A DNA stretch of 64,000 nt from an uncultured Candidatus Saccharibacteria bacterium (GCA_964361595.1 CAYIAX010000002.1:7722-71721); one strand, 5' to 3'; positions 47,904 to 58,272 are shown, counted from the first letter of the stretch. The notes: generated by a model not told the origin, from the sequence alone. Made by a program: numbers and translations.

Positions 47904-49988
47904 ATGAACGTCTACATCATTCCATTTTCCGAAGACGAGCTTGGCGATCAGCTGTTCAGCGATGCACAGGTGCTTGCTTGGAAACACACCGTGATCCTTT
48001 GGCGCAAGCTCAAGGCCGAGTGCGCGCAGCAAGGAATTCGGCTTCAGACGATTGACTTCTTTGACCCCAAGCGTGCCCAGCCAGACGACGCGCTCCTGGT
48101 TTTAAATCATCCGGAGGAAAGTTTTTGGTGGCGGTTGTATTACCTTTGGAAATACAGGAAATCGAAAGGTGGATTCGTTTGGCGAAAACGCAAAATATTT
48201 TTTGCGGTGCACGCTTATTTTAAAAGAAAAATTTTGCTGCAGCTGGAGGCGCCGGTTGTGGCTCCCGCCACTTACCGCCGGCTGCCGAGTTTGGCGAAAC
48301 TTTACACCGAGGCATATTTTATCGTCAACGACCTTCCTGAAAAGTTCGGCTATGTGGCGCCCGTTTACGACATTTACAACGGCCGGGACAAACGCGAGAT
48401 GATTAAAAAATATGCCGCTCTCGCCAAGGACAAATACTTGTGCATGATCAATGCGAACAACGCCCCGCACGAGTTCTGGGGATCGCTTTTAGGCGAACGC
48501 ATCAAGGCGATTAAATTTTTCAGCCGCTTCCCTGATTTTGATTTATATGGCTCCCGCTGGAATTGGCCCCCTCGACATCCGTGGTGGTGGTTTTGGCGAA
48601 GTTTTGTTAAAAAAGCCTGGCGCGGGGCGCCACCGGACAAACTCGAAACACTTTCAAGGTATAAATTCGCTTTGGTTTTTGAAAATTGCGCTTATCCCGG
48701 CTACGTGAGCGAGAAAATTTTCGACTGTTTCGTAAGCGGCGTTGTCCCTGTCTATCTCGGCGCGCCGGACATCCACGCGCACATTCCCGGCGATTGTTTT
48801 GTGGATTTCCGGCGCTTTTCTTCTTACGCGGCACTGGATGAATTTTTGAGATCATTGACCGAGCAGGATCTCGCGGCCTATCGTCGCGCGGCCTCCGAAT
48901 TTCTCCGCAGCGGGAAAGATCGGCCGTTTACACAGGCTTTTTTCGCAGAAAAACTTCTTGAAATCATTAACCCCGAGCTTCGGAAGCTTGCCGCCCAAGT
49001 CCCCCGGCCTCTGGTTTCAGTCGTTTTGCCCGCCTATAACGACGCTAAATACCTAAAAGGCGCAATCACAAGCGTGCTGGCGCAGACTTACGAAAACTGG
49101 GAGTTGGTAGTCGCCGACGACGGATCAACCGATAACACCAAAGCGGTGGCCAGTTTTTTTGGCGACAAGCGAATTCATTATTTTTACCAGGCAAACAAAG
49201 GCTTGGCATCAGCAAGGAATTTCGGTTTGGCGCACTGCCGCGGCAAGTATGTCGCGCTTTTGGATGCCGACGATCTCTTTTTGCCGGAAAAACTTGAGCG
49301 GCACGTTGCTTACCTCGAAAAACACCCGGAATGCGATTTAACCTACGACGAGTTGATATTTATAAGAGACGAGGAACCGGGAAAGTTTTGGAAAGTTATC
49401 GGCATTGAACATTTATCCGGCTTTTTGAAAGAGCCGTTTATCAAGATGGCCGGGCACTGCATCGGCCCCTCGGCGGCTTTTTTCCGGCGCGAGCTTTTTC
49501 AAGAATACGGCGGATTTCCGGATGGCTGGCGAAGGAATGAAGATTACTATTTCTGGTTGAAGCTGGCGGTGCGCGGCGCCTATTTTCAACATCTTAAAGA
49601 ACCGCTCACAATCTCGCGTTTGCGAGCGCAAAGCCTGTCAAGATCGGGTATTCACCTGAAAGAAGCGGCGGAATTAAATTTACAAATTTTCGACTGGCTC
49701 GACAAAGAACTCGCAAAAGATGATTTCGCGAGGGGCTACCTGCCGGATTTTCTTTCCGTCACGCGCCGTCGCCTCGCGCTTGGATATTTTATTTTACAAG
49801 ACAAAGAAAGCGGAATCCGAGAACTTAAAAAATGGCGTTACGGCTGGTTGTTGACTCCGTTCTTCCGTTTATTGCCGTCTCGTTTGCTCTCCTCGTTGCT
49901 TACTCGCCTCCGCGGCGCCCGAGAGAAATTTCTGTACCAGGAAACAGCTGGGCCGCTAGGAACAATTCCGCCGCCAGTTTTACATTAA
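47904..49988 (+). CDS. Bifunctional glycosyltransferase: N-terminal GT10 (fucosyltransferase-like) fused to a C-terminal GT2 domain
   Basis: N-terminal YKFALVFENCAYPGYVSEKIFD. C-terminal VSVVLPAYNDAKYLKGAITSVLAQTY...DDGSTD...DADD. Confidence 0.6.
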   Translation: MNVYIIPFSEDELGDQLFSDAQVLAWKHTVILWRKLKAECAQQGIRLQTIDFFDPKRAQPDDALLVLNHPEESFWWRLYYLWKYRKSKGGFVWRKRKIFFAVHAYFKRKILLQLEAPVVAPATYRRLPSLAKLYTEAYFIVNDLPEKFGYVAPVYDIYNGRDKREMIKKYAALAKDKYLCMINANNAPHEFWGSLLGERIKAIKFFSRFPDFDLYGSRWNWPPRHPWWWFWRSFVKKAWRGAPPDKLETLSRYKFALVFENCAYPGYVSEKIFDCFVSGVVPVYLGAPDIHAHIPGDCFVDFRRFSSYAALDEFLRSLTEQDLAAYRRAASEFLRSGKDRPFTQAFFAEKLLEIINPELRKLAAQVPRPLVSVVLPAYNDAKYLKGAITSVLAQTYENWELVVADDGSTDNTKAVASFFGDKRIHYFYQANKGLASARNFGLAHCRGKYVALLDADDLFLPEKLERHVAYLEKHPECDLTYDELIFIRDEEPGKFWKVIGIEHLSGFLKEPFIKMAGHCIGPSAAFFRRELFQEYGGFPDGWRRNEDYYFWLKLAVRGAYFQHLKEPLTISRLRAQSLSRSGIHLKEAAELNLQIFDWLDKELAKDDFARGYLPDFLSVTRRRLALGYFILQDKESGIRELKKWRYGWLLTPFFRLLPSRLLSSLLTRLRGAREKFLYQETAGPLGTIPPPVLH

Positions 49989-50014
49989 AAGAAATTTACG
50001 TTACAGTTGGCTTT

Positions 50015-51013
50015 ATGTCACAGCTTAAGGGCAAGACAATTTTTATAACCGGCGGAACAGGTTCGTGGGGTTACGAACTCACGAGCCAGATACTTAAGCA
50101 AGATCCAGCGGAAGTCAGAATCTTCAGCCGCGGCGAGCATGCGCAGATCGAAATGGCGAGAGAGTTTGGCGACCCGCGTTTGGATTTTTATATAGGTGAT
50201 GTGCGTGACGAAGAGCGTCTGAAGGAAACCATGAGGGGAGCTAATATAGTTTTTCATTTAGCCGCGCTGAAACATGTGCCCATCTGCGAGCGCCATATTT
50301 GGGAAGCCGTACAAACCAATATTTACGGAACGAACGCCGTGGTCCGCGCTGCGCTGTTCAACAACGTTGACGTGGCGGTATACGTTTCATCAGACAAGGC
50401 GGTGGAGCCGATTAATCTCTACGGTGAAACCAAAGCGATTGCCGAAAAACTTTTCGTAGCCGCGAATTCTATGCCCGGGAAGACCCGTTTCGCCTGTCTG
50501 CGCGCGGGAAATGTTATCGGCACCCGCGGCAGCGTCATCCCTTTCTTTAAGAAGCAAATCAGCAGTTCCGGCAAAGTTACCTTGACCGACAAGCGCATGA
50601 CGCGGTTCTTTGAACTGTCTGGACCAGTTATCGAACTTTTATTGCGGGTGGCTGAAGAGGCGTGCGGGGGAGAGATCTTTATCCCCAAAATGCCGTCGGC
50701 CAACATCGAGACGCTTGCCAAGGTTATGATCGAAAAGCTTAGCGGGGGTACCGCTACGATAGAATACGTGGGAATGCGGCCGGGAGAAAAGATTCACGAA
50801 CTTCTTATCTCCGAGAGCGAGATCGATCGCGTAGCGGAATTCCCGGGAAATTTCGTGATCTTGCCTTATGATTTTTTAAACAAACACGAAAAGTTTGTTG
50901 GCTACACTGGAAAGATGACTAAACTCGCGGGCGCCTATAGTTCAGGGACGATACCACTGCTCGAAGAGAAAGAAATAGAGGCTGTGCTAAAAAGGAGCGG
51001 ATATCTAAGTTAG
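50015..51013 (+). CDS. UDP-GlcNAc 4,6-dehydratase-like (PseB/CapD family)
   Basis: GKTIFITGGTGSWG, the K..H catalytic region and polysaccharide-biosynthesis-domain features. Confidence 0.65.
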   Translation: MSQLKGKTIFITGGTGSWGYELTSQILKQDPAEVRIFSRGEHAQIEMAREFGDPRLDFYIGDVRDEERLKETMRGANIVFHLAALKHVPICERHIWEAVQTNIYGTNAVVRAALFNNVDVAVYVSSDKAVEPINLYGETKAIAEKLFVAANSMPGKTRFACLRAGNVIGTRGSVIPFFKKQISSSGKVTLTDKRMTRFFELSGPVIELLLRVAEEACGGEIFIPKMPSANIETLAKVMIEKLSGGTATIEYVGMRPGEKIHELLISESEIDRVAEFPGNFVILPYDFLNKHEKFVGYTGKMTKLAGAYSSGTIPLLEEKEIEAVLKRSGYLS

Positions 51014-51017
51014 TTTA

Positions 51018-51902
51018 ATGAATTCGAAGACAGTTGCTATCCTCGGCGCGACCGGCATGCTCGGGAGCGCAACTTACGACGAACTTAAAGACCGCTACGA
51101 GCTCACGCTGGTTGTGCGTGACAAAAATAAAATAAAGCTTTTAGAGGACCGTTACGGGGGCACGGCTAGGCATAAAGTCGTAGAATTCGATGCCGCTCTT
51201 CTCTATCGAGATTTCGCGGCGGAGAACGGCCAGCAAAGTTCCTCCTGGAATGAATTGCTGACCGGAATCGGTGATGTTCGCTACGTCATTAACGCTATCG
51301 GCGTTACTATTCCATTTGTCTTGGAAAACCCAGCCCTTACTTTTTTTATAAACGGCGGCCTACCGCATCTTTTAGCGAGTGCGTTCCGCGGAAAATTGAT
51401 CCAGATCACCACGGACTGCGCCTACAGCGGCAGCGAGGGGTTTCCTTACGACGAAAAATCGCCGAAATCACCGGTTGATATCTACGGCCTTTCTAAAATA
51501 TTGGGCGAACCGGCGGGCTGCCTCACGCTTCGCACGTCCATCGTGGGCAGGGAGCTTGAAGGCCATACCGGCCTTTTAGACTGGTTCTTGGCCCAACAAG
51601 GCAAAACCGTAACCGGCTTCGCCAATCAGTTTTGGAACGGCATTACCGCCAAGCAGTTCGCCAAAATTTGCGACAAGGTTATGAGCGATCCAGGGAAGTT
51701 TCCCCGGAGTGGTTTATTTCATGTTTTCTCCACCACGATTTCCAAATACGAAATGCTTTTGAAATTCAAAGAGAAATTTAGTATCGATTGCGAGGTCAGT
51801 AAGGACGAAACAAGAAAACTTAATCGTACGCTTGCTACTATTTATGATTTCAATAAGGAACTCAATCTGCCCGCTTTCGATGAAATGCTTAAAGAGATTT
51901 AG
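51018..51902 (+). CDS. NAD(P)-dependent sugar reductase/epimerase (RmlD-like)
   Basis: VAILGATGMLGS Rossmann motif. Confidence 0.5.
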   Translation: MNSKTVAILGATGMLGSATYDELKDRYELTLVVRDKNKIKLLEDRYGGTARHKVVEFDAALLYRDFAAENGQQSSSWNELLTGIGDVRYVINAIGVTIPFVLENPALTFFINGGLPHLLASAFRGKLIQITTDCAYSGSEGFPYDEKSPKSPVDIYGLSKILGEPAGCLTLRTSIVGRELEGHTGLLDWFLAQQGKTVTGFANQFWNGITAKQFAKICDKVMSDPGKFPRSGLFHVFSTTISKYEMLLKFKEKFSIDCEVSKDETRKLNRTLATIYDFNKELNLPAFDEMLKEI

Positions 51903-51911
51903 CGGCTGAAG

Positions 51912-52865
51912 CTATGCTGTCAGTTCGCCGAATTTATTTCTTATACCGTCGAAATAGCCCCGTACGATCGAGACGATTTTCCTAAGCTTATGGTCTTCAA
52001 ATAGGACAATCTTCCCAAAACTCATTACCTCGCTCATTAAATTGTTTAAGAGCCAGCGGGGAACCAGGCGCCAGTAAGTCTTATACATATAAACGCTGTT
52101 CCGGTACATGTAATAATAGCGCGCAGCCGAATAATTCGGTACGACGAATTTTCTCCCCAGGAACGATTTTAAGATTGGCTTGGGACCGGCCGTTTCTTCA
52201 AGAACGGCATCGGGGACAAGCAGGATTTTGTATCCTGCCTGAAGCAGCCGGAGGCAAAATTCATGATCTACCCACATGACGAACAAGTCTTCTTTATACC
52301 TGCCACTGGTTTTCCAGACAGAAGTTTTAACGAGCTGGCCGGTTTGAACGGTAGTTGGCACGAAGTATGGGTTCTTGCCCGGATAAACTGTTCCTTTGAG
52401 ATTTGTATAATTCGGTGCGATCACGGCGGTTTTTTCCTGGTCTTGGGGCGAAAGCGAAGCGTAAGCGGCGAACAGCTTTTTTACAAGATCTTTTTCGGGA
52501 TTAGCAGCATCGTCGAGGGTGATGATCCAGCCGTAACCTTTTCTAAGCGCGTATTCGGCGCCGCTGTTGAACCCGCCGCCGACTCCTTCGTTTCGGGAAT
52601 TCTTAATCAGGGCAGCGTTTTTAAAGTTTCTGACGGCGTTTTCAACCACGGCGAGTTCGTCCGGCCTCGAACCGTTATCGATTACGACAACCTCATCAAC
52701 TTGTCCGGAAATGGCCGGCAGGCTCGTATGAATACTTTCCCCGGAATTCCAGGTAAGGATAAGCGCGCATACCTTATGGTTTTCTATGTTTTCGTTGCGG
52801 CTCTCTGGTTTGTTATTGGCCATAATTTCTGCTAGATTGTAGTGTATTGCCGGATTATAGGGCAT
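51912..52865 (-). CDS. Glycosyltransferase family 2
   Basis: CALILTWNSG...VVVIDNGS...TLDDAA (DxD-like). Confidence 0.6.
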   Translation of the reverse strand: MPYNPAIHYNLAEIMANNKPESRNENIENHKVCALILTWNSGESIHTSLPAISGQVDEVVVIDNGSRPDELAVVENAVRNFKNAALIKNSRNEGVGGGFNSGAEYALRKGYGWIITLDDAANPEKDLVKKLFAAYASLSPQDQEKTAVIAPNYTNLKGTVYPGKNPYFVPTTVQTGQLVKTSVWKTSGRYKEDLFVMWVDHEFCLRLLQAGYKILLVPDAVLEETAGPKPILKSFLGRKFVVPNYSAARYYYMYRNSVYMYKTYWRLVPRWLLNNLMSEVMSFGKIVLFEDHKLRKIVSIVRGYFDGIRNKFGELTA

Positions 52866-52902
52866 AAAATTGAGCTTGTCATGTTTCCCGAATTGCGGGT
52901 AA

Positions 52903-53964
52903 GTGTTTTTTAAGGTGAAAATAATTTACAGCGGCATCCAGCGCGAAAACTATAATCCCGATCGGGGGCGGAGTTTTGAATACGGCAATTTTTATCTGAC
53001 CTTGAAAACTTTGCCGGGAATCGAGGTGATTGAGTATCCTTTCGATCCGATTATCCAAATCGGCCGCAAGCGCTTCAATCAGGAGCTTCTTGATTTGGTT
53101 GAGAAAGAAAAACCAGATTTGTTTTTCGCTTTCATGCTTTCCGACGAGCTCGACCCCGCTGTGCTAAATGAAATCAAACGTTTAACGACGAGTGTAGCTT
53201 GGTTTGCCGATGACCATTGGCGGCTTTGGAATTATTCGCGTTATTACGCGCCTCATTTCACCTGGAATATTACCACTTGGTCCAAGGCTCCTGCGGCTTA
53301 TGCTGATTACGGCATAAAAAATGTAATCCGTTCGCAGTGGGCCTGCAATACGAATGAATGGAAACCTGCCGAGGTGGTGAGTCAGGATATAGATGTTTCT
53401 TTCGTCGGACAATATAATTCCTCCCGTGGGAAAATTATCGAAGAACTCCGCAAGGCCGGCGTAAATGTTTGGGTCCGCGGCTGGGGCTGGCCGGAGGGCC
53501 GGCTTTCTCACGCGGAAATAATTCAGGCTTTTGCCCGCAGCAAAATCAACCTTAACTTCAATACGCCGCCGCCGCTTTTTAATCCGCGCATGTTCGCGCG
53601 CATCTTTTTCCGCCGCTCTTTGAATAAGATCGTTCCTTCTTTAAGGAGGCTGCCGCAGAACATTTCAACCTGGCGGCACATGTCCATTCCGCAGATTAAA
53701 GCGCGGCCATTCGAAATTTTAGGTTCCAAAGCGTTCCTTATTTCCGCCTGTGCGGACGACGTCGAGCATTATTATGCAGACGGCAAAGAAATAGTTTATT
53801 ATGACGGAACCATTAAAGATTTGGTTGATAAAATAAATTATTATCTGCCCCGCGAGGAAGAACGGCGCCGGATTGCCGAGGCAGGTTATGAGCGAACCGT
53901 AAAAGAGCACACATACAAAATCCGATTCGAGCAGATTTTCAAAATTATTGGTCTGAATCGGTAA
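52903..53964 (+). CDS. CgeB-like glycosyltransferase-domain protein
   Basis: DUF3880/CgeB-like pattern (WFADDHWR...FVGQYN..R...GWGW). Confidence 0.45.
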   Translation: MFFKVKIIYSGIQRENYNPDRGRSFEYGNFYLTLKTLPGIEVIEYPFDPIIQIGRKRFNQELLDLVEKEKPDLFFAFMLSDELDPAVLNEIKRLTTSVAWFADDHWRLWNYSRYYAPHFTWNITTWSKAPAAYADYGIKNVIRSQWACNTNEWKPAEVVSQDIDVSFVGQYNSSRGKIIEELRKAGVNVWVRGWGWPEGRLSHAEIIQAFARSKINLNFNTPPPLFNPRMFARIFFRRSLNKIVPSLRRLPQNISTWRHMSIPQIKARPFEILGSKAFLISACADDVEHYYADGKEIVYYDGTIKDLVDKINYYLPREEERRRIAEAGYERTVKEHTYKIRFEQIFKIIGLNR

Positions 53965-54069
53965 ATCAAAGTGTAAAAATCAAAGTGCAAAACGACAATT
54001 CAAAATTATAAAAATTTTTAACTTTAAACTTTCATTTTGATTTTTGATATTTAATTTTTCCATTTAATT

Positions 54070-55038
54070 ATGAACAAGGATCCTTTAGTCTCAATAATTA
54101 TTCCCAGTTATAATTCCGCCAAATTCGTGAGCGAGGCGGTAGATTCGGCGCTCGCTCAAACTTATCCGAAAATTGAAATAATTATTGTAGACGACGGTTC
54201 GTCGGATAACACCAAGGAAGTCATTGCTAAATACGGGGATAAAATAAATTATATTTACCAAGCCAATAAAGGCTTGGCCGGGGCGCGTAACACCGGAATT
54301 GCGGCGGCAGCGGGGGAGTTCGTTGCTTTGCTTGATGCCGACGACATTTTTCTGCCGGAAAAAATCGCCAAGCAAGTCGAATTCTTAAAATCCCATCCTG
54401 GCTGCGACATTTCTTATTCTGACCTCTACCACTTTTGGGATGACCGGCCGCAGGAGCTTTTGGAACTTGGCTACAAATACTATTCCGGCGATGAAGTGCT
54501 GCCGCGGCTAATCGAGCGGGATTTTATCGCGCCCCTAACCATGCTGATACGCAAATCGGTTTTCGAACGCTTCGGAGTTTTTGATGAACAATTCCGGCGC
54601 TCCGAAGATTTGGAATTTCTGGTGCGGATTTTGAAGCAGGGGGCTCGCATCTGTTTTTTGTCCGAACGCTTGGCCAAGCTGCGTTTGCGCCGGACGGATA
54701 ATCTACAGGGATTTGGCAGCCAGCCGGAAGTGAAACGCACTGGCCTCATGATTTTTGAGGCCTTGAATCGAGAAGTGAGTGAGACGGAACGCAAGCGCTT
54801 GAACCTGCTTCATAATCTCGTGCGTTATCGCTTTAAAACCGGTTTGGCGTATCTGGAAAACGGAGACAAGCGGAATGCCAGAGGTTACATCACGACGGCA
54901 TTCAAGAGTCTGCGCTGGGGGAAGATCTGGGGTTGGCTTTTTTGGTTCCCACTGGCGCTTATCCCGGCCGGCCTTTTGGCCGCGGTCTTGAGGGCTTATC
55001 ATGTAAGAAGGCAGAGATCGTTACTCAAACGTAAATGA
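54070..55038 (+). CDS. Glycosyltransferase family 2
   Basis: VSIIIPSYNSAKF...IIVDDGSSDNT...LLDADD. The region aa 19-110 is nearly identical in motif layout to the GT2 half of 47904-49988. Confidence 0.75.
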   Translation: MNKDPLVSIIIPSYNSAKFVSEAVDSALAQTYPKIEIIIVDDGSSDNTKEVIAKYGDKINYIYQANKGLAGARNTGIAAAAGEFVALLDADDIFLPEKIAKQVEFLKSHPGCDISYSDLYHFWDDRPQELLELGYKYYSGDEVLPRLIERDFIAPLTMLIRKSVFERFGVFDEQFRRSEDLEFLVRILKQGARICFLSERLAKLRLRRTDNLQGFGSQPEVKRTGLMIFEALNREVSETERKRLNLLHNLVRYRFKTGLAYLENGDKRNARGYITTAFKSLRWGKIWGWLFWFPLALIPAGLLAAVLRAYHVRRQRSLLKRK

Positions 55039-55071
55039 TGCCAATCTGCGAATGTAATGCTAATCTGCTAA

Positions 55072-55476
55072 TTGCGAATGGATAAAAATCAAACAAAATT
55101 AGTTTATCCAGATTTATCCTATAAAGTTTCAGGGATTCTGTTCGCGGTTCACAATGAATTGGGCAGGTATTGCAACGAGAAACAATATTCAGATTGCATA
55201 GAAAAGCATTTTAAGAAATTTAATATTCCATATGAAAGAGAAAAGTTTCTGCCAGCTTCTTTTGAAGGCGAGCTAAAGGGAAGAAATAAAGTTGATTTTC
55301 TGGCGGATAATAAAATTATTGTTGAGGTGAAAGCAAAACGAGTTTTGGGACGGGAAGAGTATTACCAAACGAGACGATATTTGGAAGCAGAAAAGAAAAA
55401 ATTAGGAATTATCGCGAATTTTCGAGAAAAATATCTTCGACCAAGAAGAATTTTAAACTCCTCGGTCAGTTATTAG
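55072..55476 (+). CDS. GxxExxY-family protein (PD-(D/E)XK nuclease-like)
   Basis: YKVSGILFAVHNELG...EVKAK pattern. 134 aa. Flanked by imperfect direct repeats. Confidence 0.65.
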   Translation: MRMDKNQTKLVYPDLSYKVSGILFAVHNELGRYCNEKQYSDCIEKHFKKFNIPYEREKFLPASFEGELKGRNKVDFLADNKIIVEVKAKRVLGREEYYQTRRYLEAEKKKLGIIANFREKYLRPRRILNSSVSY

Positions 55477-55581
55477 CAATTCGAATTATTGGCATGAAAT
55501 TGGCATATCAGCATTTCCAGGGATAACTTAGCTATTAGCAATTCGCGTGATTGGCATAAAATTAGTATATTAGCATAACTT

Positions 55582-56625
55582 ATGAAAACAGCATTAATTA
55601 CCGGCGGTGCGGGATTTATCGGCAGTCACACTGCTGATGCCTTAAAAAAAGCCGGTTATCGCGTAAGAATTTTAGACAACCTTGAACACATTGTGCATGG
55701 CGGAGTTTGGCCTACGCATATAAAAAACAAAGGGTTCATCCTAGTTAGAGGAGATGTGCGTTTTAAGAAGGATTGGCTACGGGCACTCCAGGGCGTGGAC
55801 GTGGTTTTCCATTTTGCCGCCTACCAGGACCAGCGGCCGGATTTCAGTAAGTTTTTCGAGGTGAATACAATGGGCACGGCACTGCTCTATGAAATCATCG
55901 CTGAAAATAAACTGCCCGTGAAAAAAATTGTCTTGGCTAGTTCGCAATTCGTTTACGGCGACGGCGAGTATGAATGCGTGCACAAGCGTAAAATTTTCTA
56001 TCCGGAATTGCGCGCAGAAGCTGATTTGAAGAAAAAAAGATTCGAGATTCTTTGCGCGCACGGCAAACCGGCGCGCTTCCGGCCGTTCCGAGAGGAGCAG
56101 AAGCTTACACCCACGAACTCTTACGGATTATCCAAAGAGGCGCTCGAACATTTGGCTTTGCGCTTGGGTAAAACTTACAACATTCCCACAACCATCTTGC
56201 GCTATTCAATCGTGCAAGGCGCTCGCCAATCGCCCCGCAATCTTTATTCTGGCGCTTTGAGGATTTTTATCACGCAAGCGCTTAAACATAAACCGATCAC
56301 CGTCTATGAAGACGGCAAGCAGCTGCGGGATTTCGTGAACGTGAAGGACGTGGTCCGCGCTAATTTCTTGGCGTTAAAACCAAAGGCGGATTTTGAGATC
56401 TTGAATGTCGGCGGCGGCAAGGCGTGGACAGTGCTCGAATTTGCGGAACTAGTGAAGAAACTCACAAAATCAAAATCCGGGATTGCAATCGGCGGTTATC
56501 GCCGGACCGATACGCGGAATGCGGTTTCGGACATTTCCAAATTCAAACATTTGGGCTGGCGGCCAAGATACACGCCGAAGGATTCGGTCAAGGAGTACAC
56601 CGCGTGGTACAAAGCGAATTTTTAA
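55582..56625 (+). CDS. NAD-dependent nucleotide-sugar epimerase/dehydratase (extended SDR). Possibly a GDP-heptose-modifying enzyme.
   Basis: ALITGGAGFIGSH and YGLSK (YxxxK). Confidence 0.65.
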   Translation: MKTALITGGAGFIGSHTADALKKAGYRVRILDNLEHIVHGGVWPTHIKNKGFILVRGDVRFKKDWLRALQGVDVVFHFAAYQDQRPDFSKFFEVNTMGTALLYEIIAENKLPVKKIVLASSQFVYGDGEYECVHKRKIFYPELRAEADLKKKRFEILCAHGKPARFRPFREEQKLTPTNSYGLSKEALEHLALRLGKTYNIPTTILRYSIVQGARQSPRNLYSGALRIFITQALKHKPITVYEDGKQLRDFVNVKDVVRANFLALKPKADFEILNVGGGKAWTVLEFAELVKKLTKSKSGIAIGGYRRTDTRNAVSDISKFKHLGWRPRYTPKDSVKEYTAWYKANF

Positions 56626-56667
56626 TGCGTCCTTGCTAAGAGACAAAATTCCTTTTATAGTAGCCTC

Positions 56668-57678
56668 GTGATCGTAGTCCGCGCGCCTTTAAGATTGAGT
56701 TTCGTTGGGGGGGGAACAGACTTGCCCGATTTTTATACCCGCCATCCCGGACGGGTGATTTCAGCGACGATCGATAAATTCGTTTATCTTGTCATCAATC
56801 ATACGCCGCTTGTGAACCGGGTTTCAGCTCGTTATTCAACGTCAGAAACAGTCAATCATCCTTCCGAGCTTCAGCACACGCGCATCAAAGCGGCGCTCAC
56901 GGATTTGGGAATTACAAACAACATTGAAATCGGATCTTTCGCTTCGTTGCCGGCCAAAACCGGCCTGGGTTCATCCTCTAGTTTTTCCGTGGCGCTCTTA
57001 AAAGGCCTGCATGAGTTTTTGGGCAAGAACATAGATAAAAACGAGTTGGCCAATGCAGCAAGCCGTTTGGAAATCGAACTTGTGGGCGAACCGATCGGCA
57101 AGCAGGATCAATACGCCGCCGCTTTCGGCGGTTTGAATATTTTTACGTTCAATCCCGACCACAGCGTTAAAGCGGAGCCTGTTAATCTTGATTACAAAAC
57201 TAAGGCGGATTTAGAACACCATCTTTTAGTTTTCTTCATGGGCACCACGCGTCCGGCCGGCGCGGTTTTAGCCGAGCAAAAAGCCAACCTCGAGCAAAAA
57301 ATCGAAACCATGAAAGCGATGGCGGACTCGGTGCCGGAATTCCATGCGCGGTTAGCGAAAAGCGATCTGCCCGGCTTGGGCGCGATGCTTCAGGACGGTT
57401 GGGCGGCCAAGAAGAGCCTTGCCGCTTCCATCTCGAACTCGATAACGGATGAATTTTACAGCGCGGGTATGAATGCTGGCGCCTGGGGCGGCAAGGTAAA
57501 CGGCGCGGGCGGCGGCGGCTGCATTATGTTCCTCGCGCCGGCCGAGAAGCGCGAAGCGATACGCGAAGGCATGAGGCAAGTGGCCAAGCGGAACGAACTC
57601 ACTGATTTTTGCGAGATCCCTGTTAGATTTTCACAATCCGGTTCGGAAATTATCTTTAAAGATACTCACTTCAGCTAA
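56668..57678 (+). CDS. GHMP-family sugar kinase, D-glycero-alpha-D-manno-heptose-7-phosphate kinase (HddA)-like
   Basis: VVRAPLRLSFVGGGTDLPDFY and GHMP motif PAKTGLGSSSS. Confidence 0.65.
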   Translation: MIVVRAPLRLSFVGGGTDLPDFYTRHPGRVISATIDKFVYLVINHTPLVNRVSARYSTSETVNHPSELQHTRIKAALTDLGITNNIEIGSFASLPAKTGLGSSSSFSVALLKGLHEFLGKNIDKNELANAASRLEIELVGEPIGKQDQYAAAFGGLNIFTFNPDHSVKAEPVNLDYKTKADLEHHLLVFFMGTTRPAGAVLAEQKANLEQKIETMKAMADSVPEFHARLAKSDLPGLGAMLQDGWAAKKSLAASISNSITDEFYSAGMNAGAWGGKVNGAGGGGCIMFLAPAEKREAIREGMRQVAKRNELTDFCEIPVRFSQSGSEIIFKDTHFS

Positions 57679-57717
57679 TGTTATGTCGTGGTCATAATCA
57701 TCGGTCATAGTTAGATC

Positions 57718-58272
57718 ATGCAGCGCGCAGTTTTTTTAGATCGCGACGGAACAATTAACTACGAAGTTGATTACCTTTTCAAACTTTCACAGCTTCGTGT
57801 CTTGCCCGGGACGGCAAATGCGATTAAGGCTTTAAACAAACTTGGTTTTTTGGTGGTTGTAATTACTAACCAGCCGGTGGTGGGAAGAGGTTTTCTGAAA
57901 GAAAAAGAACTTGATCGCATTCATGCCGTTTTGATTGAAAGGCTAAAAAGAGGAGGTGCGCACGTTGATCAAGTTTATTACTGCCCTCATCATCCTAAGG
58001 CCAAACTCAAAAAGTACCGGATCGAATGCAGGTGCCGTAAACCGGGTTTAGGCATGATCAAGAACGCACTTCGCGATTTTAAAATTAATACGAAGAAAAG
58101 CTTCTTTGTGGGCGATATGACGCGGGATATTTTAACCGGTAAGCGCGCGGGTCTCAAGACCATTCTTGTGCGGACCGGCCACGGTGGCCGCGATGGCAAG
58201 CACGATGTAAAACCGGATTACGTTGTACGCGATTTGGCAGCGGCTGTAAAAGTAATTAGGAAACATGTCTAA
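57718..58272 (+). CDS. gmhB: D,D-heptose 1,7-bisphosphate phosphatase (HAD family)
   Basis: VFLDRDGTIN and GDMTRD(I) HAD motifs. The CxH...CxC zinc site is typical of GmhB. Confidence 0.7.
   Translation: MQRAVFLDRDGTINYEVDYLFKLSQLRVLPGTANAIKALNKLGFLVVVITNQPVVGRGFLKEKELDRIHAVLIERLKRGGAHVDQVYYCPHHPKAKLKKYRIECRCRKPGLGMIKNALRDFKINTKKSFFVGDMTRDILTGKRAGLKTILVRTGHGGRDGKHDVKPDYVVRDLAAAVKVIRKHV

Noticed and set aside
53965-54069. AT-rich interval with aaatcaaagtg repeats and a short palindrome between the CgeB-like and GT2 genes
   Set aside because: Probably just an AT-rich promoter/terminator spacer. The repeats are short and not found elsewhere in the window.
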